Source: Priapulus caudatus
Lineage: Eukaryota
Length of the DNA stretch: 42,752 bases
NCBI RefSeq assembly: GCF_000485595.1
Contig: NW_014577089.1
Coordinates: 629,707-672,458 of the forward strand
Reading direction: 5' to 3'
Shown here: positions 11,856 to 23,510 of the stretch, one piece after another
How positions within the stretch are numbered: the first letter of the stretch is position 1
Layout: each line of letters opens with the position of its first letter
Translations under genes and position numbers: made by a program
The notes under the pieces: generated by a model
The model's database searches: none
What the model was told of the DNA's origin: nothing
The model's input: only the letters and a program-made list of their open reading frames with translations

Positions 11856-12239
11856 ATTACTGTTTACCAGTGTGAACAAAAAAGACGTAAAATCAAGAAA
11901 CACCAAGAAAAATGTTTAGAGGTTTATCTTTATCTGCCAAACTCGTGGCCTGTGGCGGTGCAGTAGTATCGCAACGGCCGGATTTTGCCAAGGTTAACGT
12001 GGCAATGCGCTTCGAAAACATCCGTCATCGGGCATACAACCGCAAGCATCAGGTGCGAACTTAAACGAAGGTAGGCCTATATATTAATGTTCGCTTATAT
12101 TTTGACAATTAAATATGCAATCTTTTATTTTTTTAATTTATAACCCTCAGCAGCTATAGTAAAACTAATGTACATATTCACGTGCATCTGTTGCACGATT
12201 ACGTTTAAGTTTTGCGTTATTTAAATATTAATATAAAGT

Positions 12240-12520
12240 TAAAAATTGAAAAGCGGGAGAGACGAAATTCATTAAATTACTACGATTATAATATATATAT
12301 AAATATGTTTATTTAATTATTAAAATTAATTATTATTATTTTATTAATTATAATTAATTATTATTATTATAAAATTATTATTATTATTAATTAATTAATT
12401 ATTAATGTTTATTTTGTGTACATAATTTATAAACCCATTATTATAAAAACTACGAATGTGCTCATCAATATTTTACTATATTAATAATTTATTATATTGC
12501 TGAGCATATGAATATTTTTC
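12240..12520. repeat. AT-rich low-complexity (att/taa)n tract
   Basis: Near-pure A/T with tta/att reiteration. Confidence 0.85.
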
Positions 12521-12927
12521 AATAATCCTCGCAAGTTTAATATCTGATTTAGAGAGAATTCATTCCTATAATCTGAAAAACATATACAAGATTCAAACAA
12601 TAGCCCTTGTCGAAACCTAATCCTCCCTCCTTTCCTCCCTCTTCTCTCTCTCTCTCTTCTCTCTCTCTGCTCTCTTCTCTCTCTCTCTCCTCTGCTCTCT
12701 CCTCATCTCAATCATATACTTCTACAATTCTGATATTAAATCCCTGTGGTGTGGCTTACAAGAGTCTTTCTGTTGGACATGCAATTGGAGTTTATTGGGT
12801 ATGGCCCTGGTCGCATGTAAGAAGATATTGCGTGTGTGGCGTGCTCCGTGAGTGCGTGCAGGTGTTTTCGTGTATAAGGAACAACAGCTACACCAGTAGT
12901 AATTAATTTTAACTAATCTTTTACAAG

Positions 12928-15900
12928 GCATGTTTGTCACGTTATGTCGGCGGGGAAGGCATCAACGCCATCTACCGGTCTGTTTAACGGTGCAGCACAG
13001 GTTACGTCTGCGTATCGCTGCCGTCTGCACGCGGCAGCATGCCCAAGACATGGCCATCAATCAGTGGGGCAGGCTCAGGTAACAAGCACAGCCGTGCAGC
13101 ACTGGAGATACGCACGGCTGACGGCCAGTCAAGACGGAGTCACCACTGCATACGAACATCAATGGTCCTGGTGAAGGTAAATTGTCTTTGGAGAGCCAAT
13201 AAATATGATTATATTATATAATCTCTACCTTTCTTTTGCGCCATTCTCTCGCACTACACGTCACTATGCACCGTATGTCGAGTTATTCGTACAGATACTC
13301 CATTTACCTGTCATGATATGTAAAACACAGTCGATTTTGTAATGTTAATCCTAGTAATTTTAGATTCAGCGAACAGGTCACACGCCACTAAACCAGGAAG
13401 GCTGAGAAGTGTGGAAATTACGCCAAAAGAAAGCAGAAGAAATGACACGACGAATTCCGCGCAAACCTTGAGCCAGGTATAAAATGCTAAGCAATTACAG
13501 AGTGTTGGTCAAATGGCCGCTAGGGCAATGCAGATCGAGATTCTTTTGTTATGATGCTTCACGTAACTGAAACAGTAATATTTGCAGCCACGTTTTGAAG
13601 AACAAGCCTACGGACTGCGGCGGAGAGGACAGACGGAGAGGCGATCGGTGCGCTCGTATCGGTCATTCCGTGGCGTCAAGCTCAGGTCACCGTAGACTCG
13701 TTCTGCATGGGTTACCAACAAAGTCTCTCTGGAAGTTCAGGTGAGAAAATGACCAGTAAATGCGGTTCGTTCCTCCCTAATCGGCACGCGTTCATTACGG
13801 TAAAACAAACCGTACAATCATCATAATCCTATGGTGCGTCTACCTATAAGCATTGACGTAATCTAGTAAAGAAATGCGTGTTGTGATGACATTAAATGTG
13901 GGTTGTGTGCGCGCATGCGCAGCTATACCTGCTGTCCGACTGTACAACGACAATGATAGCCAATTAGTGCTCTGGGAGAGGATCAACGCCAGTCGGATGT
14001 CGTCATAGACAATCCCTAGCAGCACTTGACACTTGGCAGTGATTGCCGCCAATACTCAAAATGTGTGTTTCCTTGCGCCTGACACGCTGGTAATGTCCCT
14101 TCTTCTTCAACCTCTGTTCCAAACCTGTCTTTCTTCTAGCTCCAACGCGCGCCCTTTAAGGCTTGGCGCGCCACGTTTCCTCTCCCGTAATACGAGAATG
14201 TGATCCCTGCAATGTCACTTCAAACTACGTACTCATTTCCGCTGCACACGAATATACGCTGTTTTGCATGCTCACAGATATAATATGTAGATTACCCTGG
14301 ATGATAAATGCGAGCATGTCATTCTCTCGCAGGTGCACACAAATCGACCATCTGTTCGGCGAACCTCAACTCTCCGCTGTGGCCTACCATCGCCGGCCTG
14401 CAGACGTTCCACAGCAGCGTCAATGGTCCGGTAGAACCGACGGCCGCTCATAACACGTTCAAGAAGTTACAGAAATTGCCCCGAAAGCGCAGGGATTCGC
14501 TCGCTTTAGAGTAAGTGAACTATATTCTACGTGGAGAGAGGGTATGGGAATCTATAGCGCAAGCTCTAGAACGCGTCAATTCTATAAGTGTCTCCGTCTA
14601 CCGGCAATAAGTTTACTTGACATATTTGACTAACACGAAGTCGACCGAGAACCAAAAATGGTCGATGTTGGCTATAAGCCTATACATCATTACGTTAAGT
14701 AACTTCTTTAGCTAGATGAAGGATCCCACCTTGCTATGCTATCACCTTTACATGCTGAACGCCGCACACTACTAACACGTACCGGTGTATTTACGTAGTT
14801 GTTGTTGTTTTAGGAAATCGATATTTCTGGGTGTTAAGACGTGTCGGCGTCCGTAATTCAGGTTGTGCCGACCAAATCTCAATCGTCAACTTTAAGAGAT
14901 GGCAGAGCTGCACCCGACCTCACCGCTCCGATGTCAACAGTTCGTTTGCCTACGTCCTCCAGGAAGGAGAGTAAGTCGTTTTATGCCATATTTTCACAGA
15001 GTATGTTTTATATAGTATGACATTGATATAATCATGAAGATGGGTACACGGCGTTACCCGGGTTCGTTTCTACTCATTAAAACCGTACGTGCGGGTATTT
15101 TGGCTTACGTGAACCTTTTTCTGATAAAAAACGATAAATTAACTATCGCGCGTGTGCAACTTTTTATGCGTTGTCTGTATTGTATCATTACATGATTTAA
15201 TCGAAATAATTGCCTAGCCAAGGCGTGCATATAGAACGAACTTATGTTAAATTTTATAGGATTGCATGATTAATTTGATAATCCTGCATAAATTTCAGCT
15301 CTATACACGCTGTCTCATCTCCAGAATACGGGTCTCGTCGTTTCTGGAAACACGTGAAGCCGTGGATGCCTAGCAGTTTGTGAAAAGGAGCGGAAGGTCC
15401 GGTAATAGTCGTTACTAACTAACATTACTAATAACAGCATACTCAACTCCTCTAACAGCTAAAGGCAAATATTAGTTTATGATTTATAGAATCTGAACGT
15501 GAATTAACCGCGAGAATTATATCGTAAATCGTCGTTGTTTCATCGGCGTCCTCATCATCGTCACTACGCAACAACTATGGCTATAACTGCAACTGAGACG
15601 TGATACGAGATATTAATGTTACGTCACGAAATACTGGTTCCAGGTTTTGTGCATGGAGGTGGACAGGTTATCCCGCAATCTTGAAAAGTGGCTGCTATTT
15701 ATGAAGCAAGCAACTCCTACCTTCTCTCCCTCGAAACCGTTAGGATTTTTGTACGTATATGAAATTTCTTACCGCGACAAAATTGCTAATGACATAAAAT
15801 GGGGAAAATTTATAAAAATTGAGCAACAAAGTTGATCGTATTGTTACCGTATTTATAATGATTTAATATAGCGTATAATATTCTTTCGCGTATATATATT

Positions 15901-16080
15901 ATGTGGATGGAATTATGCGCGTCTGTCCGCTCGCGCATATCACGTACACCGCACTTACTCTACATTAAGAACAAGATCCCGAACCTTACCAACAATGGGA
16001 AAGGAGTGTCAACGCGATAGAAGTGAAGTTCCGCTGCACTCTAGAGAAAGTTAGCGCCTGAGAGGAGTAACGCGGTATGG
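12928..16080 (+). pseudogene. Glycogenin-like gene, copy B (indel-ridden, probably raw long-read quality)
   Basis: Colinear with 18326-21464 across exons and introns (e.g. IDHLFGEPQLSAVAYHRRP at about 14343-14400) but with dense 1-nt indels. It keeps the gcag acceptor at about 13587 and has one fewer 36-bp repeat than copy C. Confidence 0.75.
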
Positions 16081-16099
16081 TAAAGTAGCCAAGGCTTGA

Positions 16100-16915
16100 A
16101 TCTGTACCGAAACTATGAATATATACACGTATTAACCTATAATAAACACGTATGAACTATAATAACACGTACGAACCGACATTAAACACGTACGAACCCA
16201 CTATAAAACACGTACAACCTATATTAAACACGTACGAACATATATTAAACACGCACGAACTTATATTTAAACACGTACAACCTATATTAAACATCGTACG
16301 CCCGCTAATAAGTTAAACACGATTACACCTAGTATTAACACACGTACAGAACATATATTCACACGAACGAAACTTATATTAAACACGTACGAACCTATTA
16401 TGATGACTCGTCGAAACCGTATATTAAACACGTACCGAACCTATAGTAACACGTACGACTTTGATTAAACACGTACAAACCTATAATAAACCATGTAAGC
16501 GGAATCTTTATAAACACGTACGAACCTATATCAAACACGTACGTTCTATATTAAACACCGCACGAACCTATAGTTAACCACGTACGAACCTATATTACCA
16601 ACAATACGAACCTATATTAAACGACGTAAGAACTAATATTAACCACGTACAACCCTAATTAAACACGTACGATCTATATTTAACACGTGAGATCATATAT
16701 TAACCACATACGAATCCTATATTAACCACATATCGAACCTATATTAAACACGCTACGAACCTATATTAACCACGTAAACCTAAAATAAACACGTACGATT
16801 TCTATATTAAACACGTACGAATCATAGTATTATACTGTACGAACCTATATTAAAACGCACGTAGAACCCTTAATAACACGTACGTTCCTATATTAAACAC
16901 GTACGAACCTATAGT
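16100..16915. repeat. 21-bp tandem satellite (aaacacgtacgaacctatatt)n
   Basis: Directly visible tandem units running into the N gap at 16916. Confidence 0.95.
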
Positions 16916-16952
16916 NNNNNNNNNNNNNNNNNNNNNNNNNTCAAGGCGTGTG

Positions 16953-17916
16953 ATGCCTTTCTAATGAGATTAATATACATGATATTAGAGAGGATACTAC
17001 ATTTTTTAAACGATCATGTGTCTTTACTATTATTATTATTAATAATATTACTTTTTATAAAAGTTATAATTGAGATCGCCTGGGACGTCTTCATGGGCGC
17101 AGCTTGTATCGTTGTTGTAAACGAGTGCTTTAAATTAATAAACGCAGGAAAGCTACAAAGTTACCATATTTGCTTATCTGTTATTATTTACCAATTTTAT
17201 GTCACTCATTACATTTCTAATCTAGTTCTAATGCTGAGATACCCCCTAACCATATGGAATTCTCTCGCCTAGCTTCCTTCTTTTTCTACGCGCATGCTCA
17301 ATATCTCACCAGACGAGTTATATTTTGTGATGAATATGCATTTAATATAGTTGGGGGTATCTCAGCATAGATTTCTGTAATAAATTGTTATCAGTAGACC
17401 TGTGTTTATAATTAGGAGAGCGCCCTAACTTATAAGGTGCAAAACTTCTACTTTATCTCCTCCCCTTCTTCCACTTGACTCCATTGTCCCTTGCTCAGCC
17501 TTCTTCTTTTTCTACCGCCTCTCGGCTATCTTCTCTGCCGTCTCTCCTCAGTCTCCTACCCCTCTCTACCTCAGCAAGCTACATTATGCATTTTTTATCA
17601 CCTCGTACTGCACGCCTAAGATGGTGCTCGCACATGTGTAATATCTCCAGGGAGGAAATCTATTTTGCAAAAATCATGAATTTAAAATGTAGAAGAGGTA
17701 TTCTATCATAAATTTATATGATAACATTTTATCAGTAGACCTTTCTTACGAAATAGGAAGAAGATATTGCATGTAAGTTGCCCGCTGCATATAACAGTCA
17801 GTAGGCCCTACACCCATCTGGCTACGTTAGCGTGTTAGCGCATGCGCAATATCGCACCAGAGGAGTTATATTTTGTGATGAATATGGATTTAATATGGTT
17901 ATGGGGTATCTCAGCA
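16953..17916 (+). repeat. Repeat R, second forward copy
   Basis: High identity to 6278-7125. Its 5' part is the reverse complement of 6170-6275. Confidence 0.85.
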
Positions 17917-18327
17917 TACACACGTATCTATACGTGTATATACGTATCTCAGCACGCTCACGCACGTACACACGCACGCACACACAAATCCCTCGAAGTT
18001 TAATATCTGATTTAGAGAGAATTCATTCCTATAATCTGAATAAAACATTACAAGATTCAAACAATACTCTTTCGAAACCTAATCCCCCTCCTCTCTCTCT
18101 CTCGCTCTCTCTCTCATCTCAATCATATACTCTACAATTCTGATATTAAATCCCTGTGGTCTTTCTTGTTGGACATGCATTGGAGTTTATTGGTGCACTC
18201 TGCAACCCTGGTCGCAATGTAAGAAGAATTGCGTGTGTGCGTGCTCCGTGAGTGCGTGCAGGTGTTCCGTGTATAAGGAACAACAGCTACACCAGTAGTA
18301 ATTAATTTACACTAATCTTTTACAGGC

Positions 18328-21136
18328 ATGTTGTCGCGTATGTCGGCGGGAGAAGGCATCAACGCCATTGCCGGGCTGTTGAACGGTGCAGCACAGGTGA
18401 CGCTGCGTATTGCTACCGTCTGCACGCGCAGCATGCTCCAAGACATGGCCAGCATCAGTGTGGGCACGACTAGCGTCACCAGCACAGCCGTGCAGACGGA
18501 GATATTAACGGCTGACGGCCAGGCTCAGACAGAGGTCACCACCGTTACTGAGCAAGAAGCTCAGACGGATGTCACCACCGTTACGGACATCAATAGTCTG
18601 CTGAAGGTAAACGTCTTTGGGGAGCCAATAATATATTATATTATATTATATCTCTACCTTTCTTTTGCGCATTCTCTCGCATACACGTCACTATGACCGT
18701 ATGTCAGTATTGTACAGATATCTGCATTTACCTGTCATATAATGTAAATACAGTCGATTTGTAATGTTAATCTATAATTTTAGATCAGCGATACAGTCAC
18801 ACCCACTAACCAGGAGGCTGCAAAGTGTGAAAATTTACGCAAAAGAAAGCAGAAGAAGGCGACACGACGAATTCCGCGCAAACCTGAGCCAGGTATAATA
18901 TGCTATGCAATCTACAGAGTGTGCGTCAAATGCCGCTAGAGGGAAATGCAGATCGAGATTCCTTTTGTAATGCTTCACGTTAACTGAACCTGTAATATTT
19001 GCACTCACGTTTGAAGACGAAGCCTACGTGACTGCGGCGGAGACAGACGGAGAGGCGATCGGTGCGCTCGTACTCGGTCATTCGCTGCGTCAGGCTCAGG
19101 TCACCCGTAGACTCGTCTGCATGGTTACCAACAAAGTCTCTCTGGAATTCAGGTGAGAAAATGACCAGTAACATGCGGTCCCTCGTTCTCCCTAATCGGC
19201 ACGCGTTTATTACGGGTAAAACAAACCGTACAATCATCATAACCTATGGTGCGTCTACTATAAGCTTGACGTAATCTAGTAAAAAAATGCGTGTGTGATG
19301 ACATTAAATGTGGGTGTGTGCGCGCATGCGCAGATACCTGCTGTCGGAGCTGTACAACGACATGATATCAATTAGCGCTCTGGAGAGGATCAACGCCATG
19401 CGAATGTCCGTCATAGACAAAGAATCCCTAGCAGCACTTGACACTTGGCAGTATTGCCGCCAATACTCCAAATGTGTGTTCCTTGCGCCTGACACGCTGG
19501 TATGTCCCTCTCCTTCAACCTATGTTCAACCTGTCTTTCCTCTAGCTCCCAACGCGCGCCTTTAAGGCTTGGCGCGCACGTTTTACTCTCCCGTATACGA
19601 GATGTGATCCTGCATGTCATTCAAAACTACGTACTCTTTCCCTGCACACGATATACGCTGTTGCATGTTTCACATAATAATATCATGTAGATTACCTGGA
19701 TGAAAATGCGACATGTCATTCTCTCGCAGGTGCACCACAACATCGACCATCTGTTCGGCGAACCTCAACTCTCCGCTGTTGCCTACCATCGCCAGCCTCA
19801 GACGTTCCACAGCAGCGTCATGGTCGTAGAACCGACGGCCGCTCATAACACGTTCAAAAGGTTACAGAAATTGGCCCGAAATTGCGAGGATTCGCTCGAC
19901 TTTAGCATGCAGTAAGTGACTATAATTCTACATGGAGAGAGGGGTAGGGGAATCTAAGCGCAAGCTCTAAACGCGGTCAATTCTATAGTGTCTCGTCTAC
20001 CGGCAATAAGTTACTTGACATATTGACTAAACGAAGTACCAACGAGAACCAAAATGCTCGATGTTGGCTATAGCCTATACCGTCATTACGTTAAGTGACT
20101 CTTTAGCTAGATGAAGGATCCACCTGCTATGCTATCCACCTTTACATGCTGAACGCGCACACTACTAACACCGTGTGTATTTACGTAGTTGTTGTTGTTA
20201 GAATCTGATATTTCTGGGTGTTAAGACATGTCGCGTCGTATTCAATTTCAGGTTGTGCCGACCAAATCCTCAATCGTCACTTTAAGAGATGGCACGCGCT
20301 GCCACCGATCTACTGCTCCGAGGTCAACAATTCGTTTGCCTACGTTCCTCCAGGAGGAGAGTAAGTCGGTTTCTGCCATTATTTTCCCGAGCATGTTAAT
20401 GTTTTTAATAGTATGTATGACATTGATATAATCATAATGAGTAGGGTACACGGCGTTACCCCGGTTCGTTTCTACTCATTAAACCGTACGTGCGGGTATT
20501 TTGGCTTACGTGAACCTTTTCTGATAAAAAAAACGATAAATTTGTCGCGCGTGTGCAACTTTTATGGCGTTGTCTGTATTGTACTCATTACATGGTTTTA
20601 ATCGGAAAATAATTTGCTTGCCAAAGGCGTGCATATAGAACGAACTTATGTTAATTTTTACAGGATTGCATGATTAATTTCAATATCTGCATGAATTTCA
20701 GCTCTAACACGCTGTCTCCAGACATACGGGTCTCGTGGTTTTCTGGAAACACGTGGAAGCCGTGGATGCTAGCAGTTTGTGAAAAGAAGCGGAAGGTCGG
20801 TATAGTCGTTACCTAACAACTTACTATACCAGCTACTCAACTACTCTAACAGCTAAAGGAATATTAGTTATGATTATAGAATCTGACGTGAATTAACGCG
20901 AGAATTTATTATCGTCATCGTCGTTGTTTTCATCGGCGTCCTCATCATCGTCACTACCACAACTATGGCTATAACTGCAACTGAGACCGTGAACAGATAT
21001 TAATGTTACGTAATGAAACACTTTGTAGGTTTTGTGCATGGGAGGTGGACAGGTTATCCCGCATCTTGAAAAGTGGGTTGCTATTTATGACAAGCACGTC
21101 CTACCCCTTCTCTCTCTCGAAACCGTTAGAATTTTG
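18328..21136 (+). CDS. Glycogenin-like (GT8 fold) predicted pseudoenzyme with QT-repeat/basic N-terminal extension, copy C (cleanest copy; two lesions, may be a young pseudogene)
   Basis: Phase-compatible exons 18326-18606 (ATG 18328), 18784-18892, 19005-19152, 19334-19499, 19730-19911, 20252-20360, 20702-20795, 21029-21136. The translation follows recalled glycogenin motifs in order: DEAYVT..GALVLGHSLR..TRRLV; QYSKCVFLAPDTL|V; NIDHLF..LSAV; DQILN..F..W; LPPIY; KPW; W..IY..HVLPLL. Lesions: acceptor AG>AC at 19003-19004 (an in-frame AAG 12 nt downstream could rescue it) and +4 nt at about 19907-19911 relative to copy A. A possible further open exon lies at 21294-21464. Confidence 0.8.
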
Positions 21137-21489
21137 GTACGTACTATATATGAATTCTTACCTGTTTACAAATTGCTAATACATAAATTGGGGCAAAATT
21201 TATTAAAATTAGCAGTAAAGTTGATCGTATTGTTACCGGGTACCGTATTATAATGATTTATTACACGTAATATATTATTTTCGTATTATGTAGATGGAAT
21301 TATGGCGTCTGTCACTCGCGGCATATCACGTACACCACTTGCTTACACTATAGAACAAGATCCCGAGACCTTTACCAAAATGGCAAAAGAGTGTCAACGT
21401 GATAGAAGAATGTTCCGTGGCACCTCTAGAGAAGTTAGCGCTGGAGGAGGAGGTAACGCGGATGGTAAGTAAACCAAGGCTTGAATCTG

Positions 21490-23510
21490 TACGAACCTAT
21501 AATAAACACGTATGAACCTATAATAAACACGTATGAACCTATAATAAACACGTACGAATCGACATTAAACACTTACGAACCTATATTAAACATGTACGAA
21601 CCTATATTAAACACGTACGCCCCAATATTAAACACGTAACAACCTATATGAAACACGTACGAACATATATTTCATACACGAACGAACATTATATTAAACA
21701 CGGATACGAACTATATCGATACTCGTACGAACGCTATATTAATACACGCCTACAACCTATAATGTAACACGTACGCCAGCTTTGATTAAACACGTACAAA
21801 ACGCTATAATAAACGATGTAACGAATCTTTATGAAACCACTTCACGACCGACCGAGCTTATAAAATTTTACTTGCAAGAATTCGTAATATCAACACCGTA
21901 CGTACGGTGTTCCTACATAGAACCGTACAAACTCACGTCTGTACTAAACTCTATATACCACCTCGCTCACGTAACAGGACCGGCCGGAAGTCCATAAAAA
22001 TCATTAATCATCGTCACTACGAAGAGACCTAGAGCGCAGCCTATATTACCACAGTCCTGACAACATCAAGATAATTGTGGCCTAAAACGGCTGCCATAAA
22101 GGGAGCACGTTTCGTTGCCGTATCCTTATAATTTAAACCACCGAGTCGTCACAAGTAGCACGCCGTCACCAGCGCATAATAATTTATAAACGTTTAACGA
22201 ATTCCAACACTAAATATAAGCCACATTATATCATACAATTCTTAATATCCGAGTACCAGAGCAAGAATCACTCCTAAACGTATATATCAACTAGTATACA
22301 GTACCTCTCACATCTGATAAAACACGCCGTAATAAGACCCATAAGATAATTGAACGCGGTCACATAATAGATCTAACGCGTATATAATATATTAAACCAA
22401 CCTAGACGTAGCGAACCACAATAATATAAAATATACATCGTCAACAAACCATTTAACCACGTACAGAACCCTAAATAAAACACGTACGAATCTATATAAA
22501 CACTTACGATCATATAATTATACCTCGTACAACCTAATACTAACCCACGTAGCGAACCCTAATCAAACTACGGTGACGTTCCTATATTTAAACACAGCGT
22601 ACGAACCATATATTAACCACATACGAACCTATATTAACCACAATACGAACCAATATCATTAAACACGTACGAGACTCCTAATATCAACGCACGTACGAAG
22701 CGCCTAATTAAACTAAGTAACGATCATAATTAAACACGGATACTATCATATAAAAGTCCTAAAGCTTAAGTTTCTTCACGCTGACAGTAACGTCGAATGA
22801 TACTAGTAAAAGTCCACGTAAATCTACCTAATATTAATAATATGCCCCTCTCCCACGTACCAAAATATTCACACCTACTATAGCTATATCCGGACGTCAA
22901 AAAATCGCCCCAACTAGAACCTACAAGACTAGCGAGAATCACCATCACACTAACTCTATTTATAAACTTCACGTACACACATATAGGAAAAATACAACGT
23001 AAACGCGCAGCGCCATCCCACTAATACTGATGCGATATAGCACGCTTGAACGGGCTACCTTTTGAACACCTGCCTCCTATCTTAAACACGTACGAACCTA
23101 TATTAAACACGCGGGACCCGCCTAATCATGCCATAGGACTTAGCAATATTCTGTTTACTCCGGTCACGAACCTAATATTAAAGCCAAACGTACAACCTGA
23201 TATTTAACACACGACGAACTCCTAACTAAACACGTACGATCCTATAAAAACACGTACTCCCAACTATATAATCACGTATGATTCTATATTAAACCACAGT
23301 ACGCCCCTACTATTAAACAACGGTACGAACCAATATATTAAAACACGTCTAACCTATATTAAACGACCGTACGAACCTATATTAACCACTGTACAGAACC
23401 TCTAACTAAACACGTACTATCTATATTAAACACTACTCCCCTATATAAACAAACGTACGAACCTATAACAAATATCTCGTCGCGTAGACGCCTATATAAA
23501 CCAACGTATG
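21490..23510. repeat. 21-bp tandem satellite (aaacacgtacgaacctatatt)n, increasingly noisy
   Basis: Clean units at 21490-21660, degraded units continuing to about 23510. Same unit as 16100-16915. Confidence 0.9.

Noticed and set aside
11912..12063. 50-codon ATG ORF as the first coding exon of the glycogenin-like gene
   Set aside because: It stops before the donor at 12071, and the phase-compatible frame has a stop at 11995. At most it is a 5'UTR exon or uORF.
16100..16915. Regularly spaced short repeats resembling a CRISPR array
   Set aside because: Head-to-tail 21-bp units without unique spacers, no cas genes, and a eukaryotic intron-rich context.
18980..19274. Track ORFs 18980-19240(-) and 19062-19274(+), and 20228-20451 on both strands
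   Set aside because: These are alternative frames or antisense of glycogenin-like exons. The homologous frame is a different one that the track does not list.
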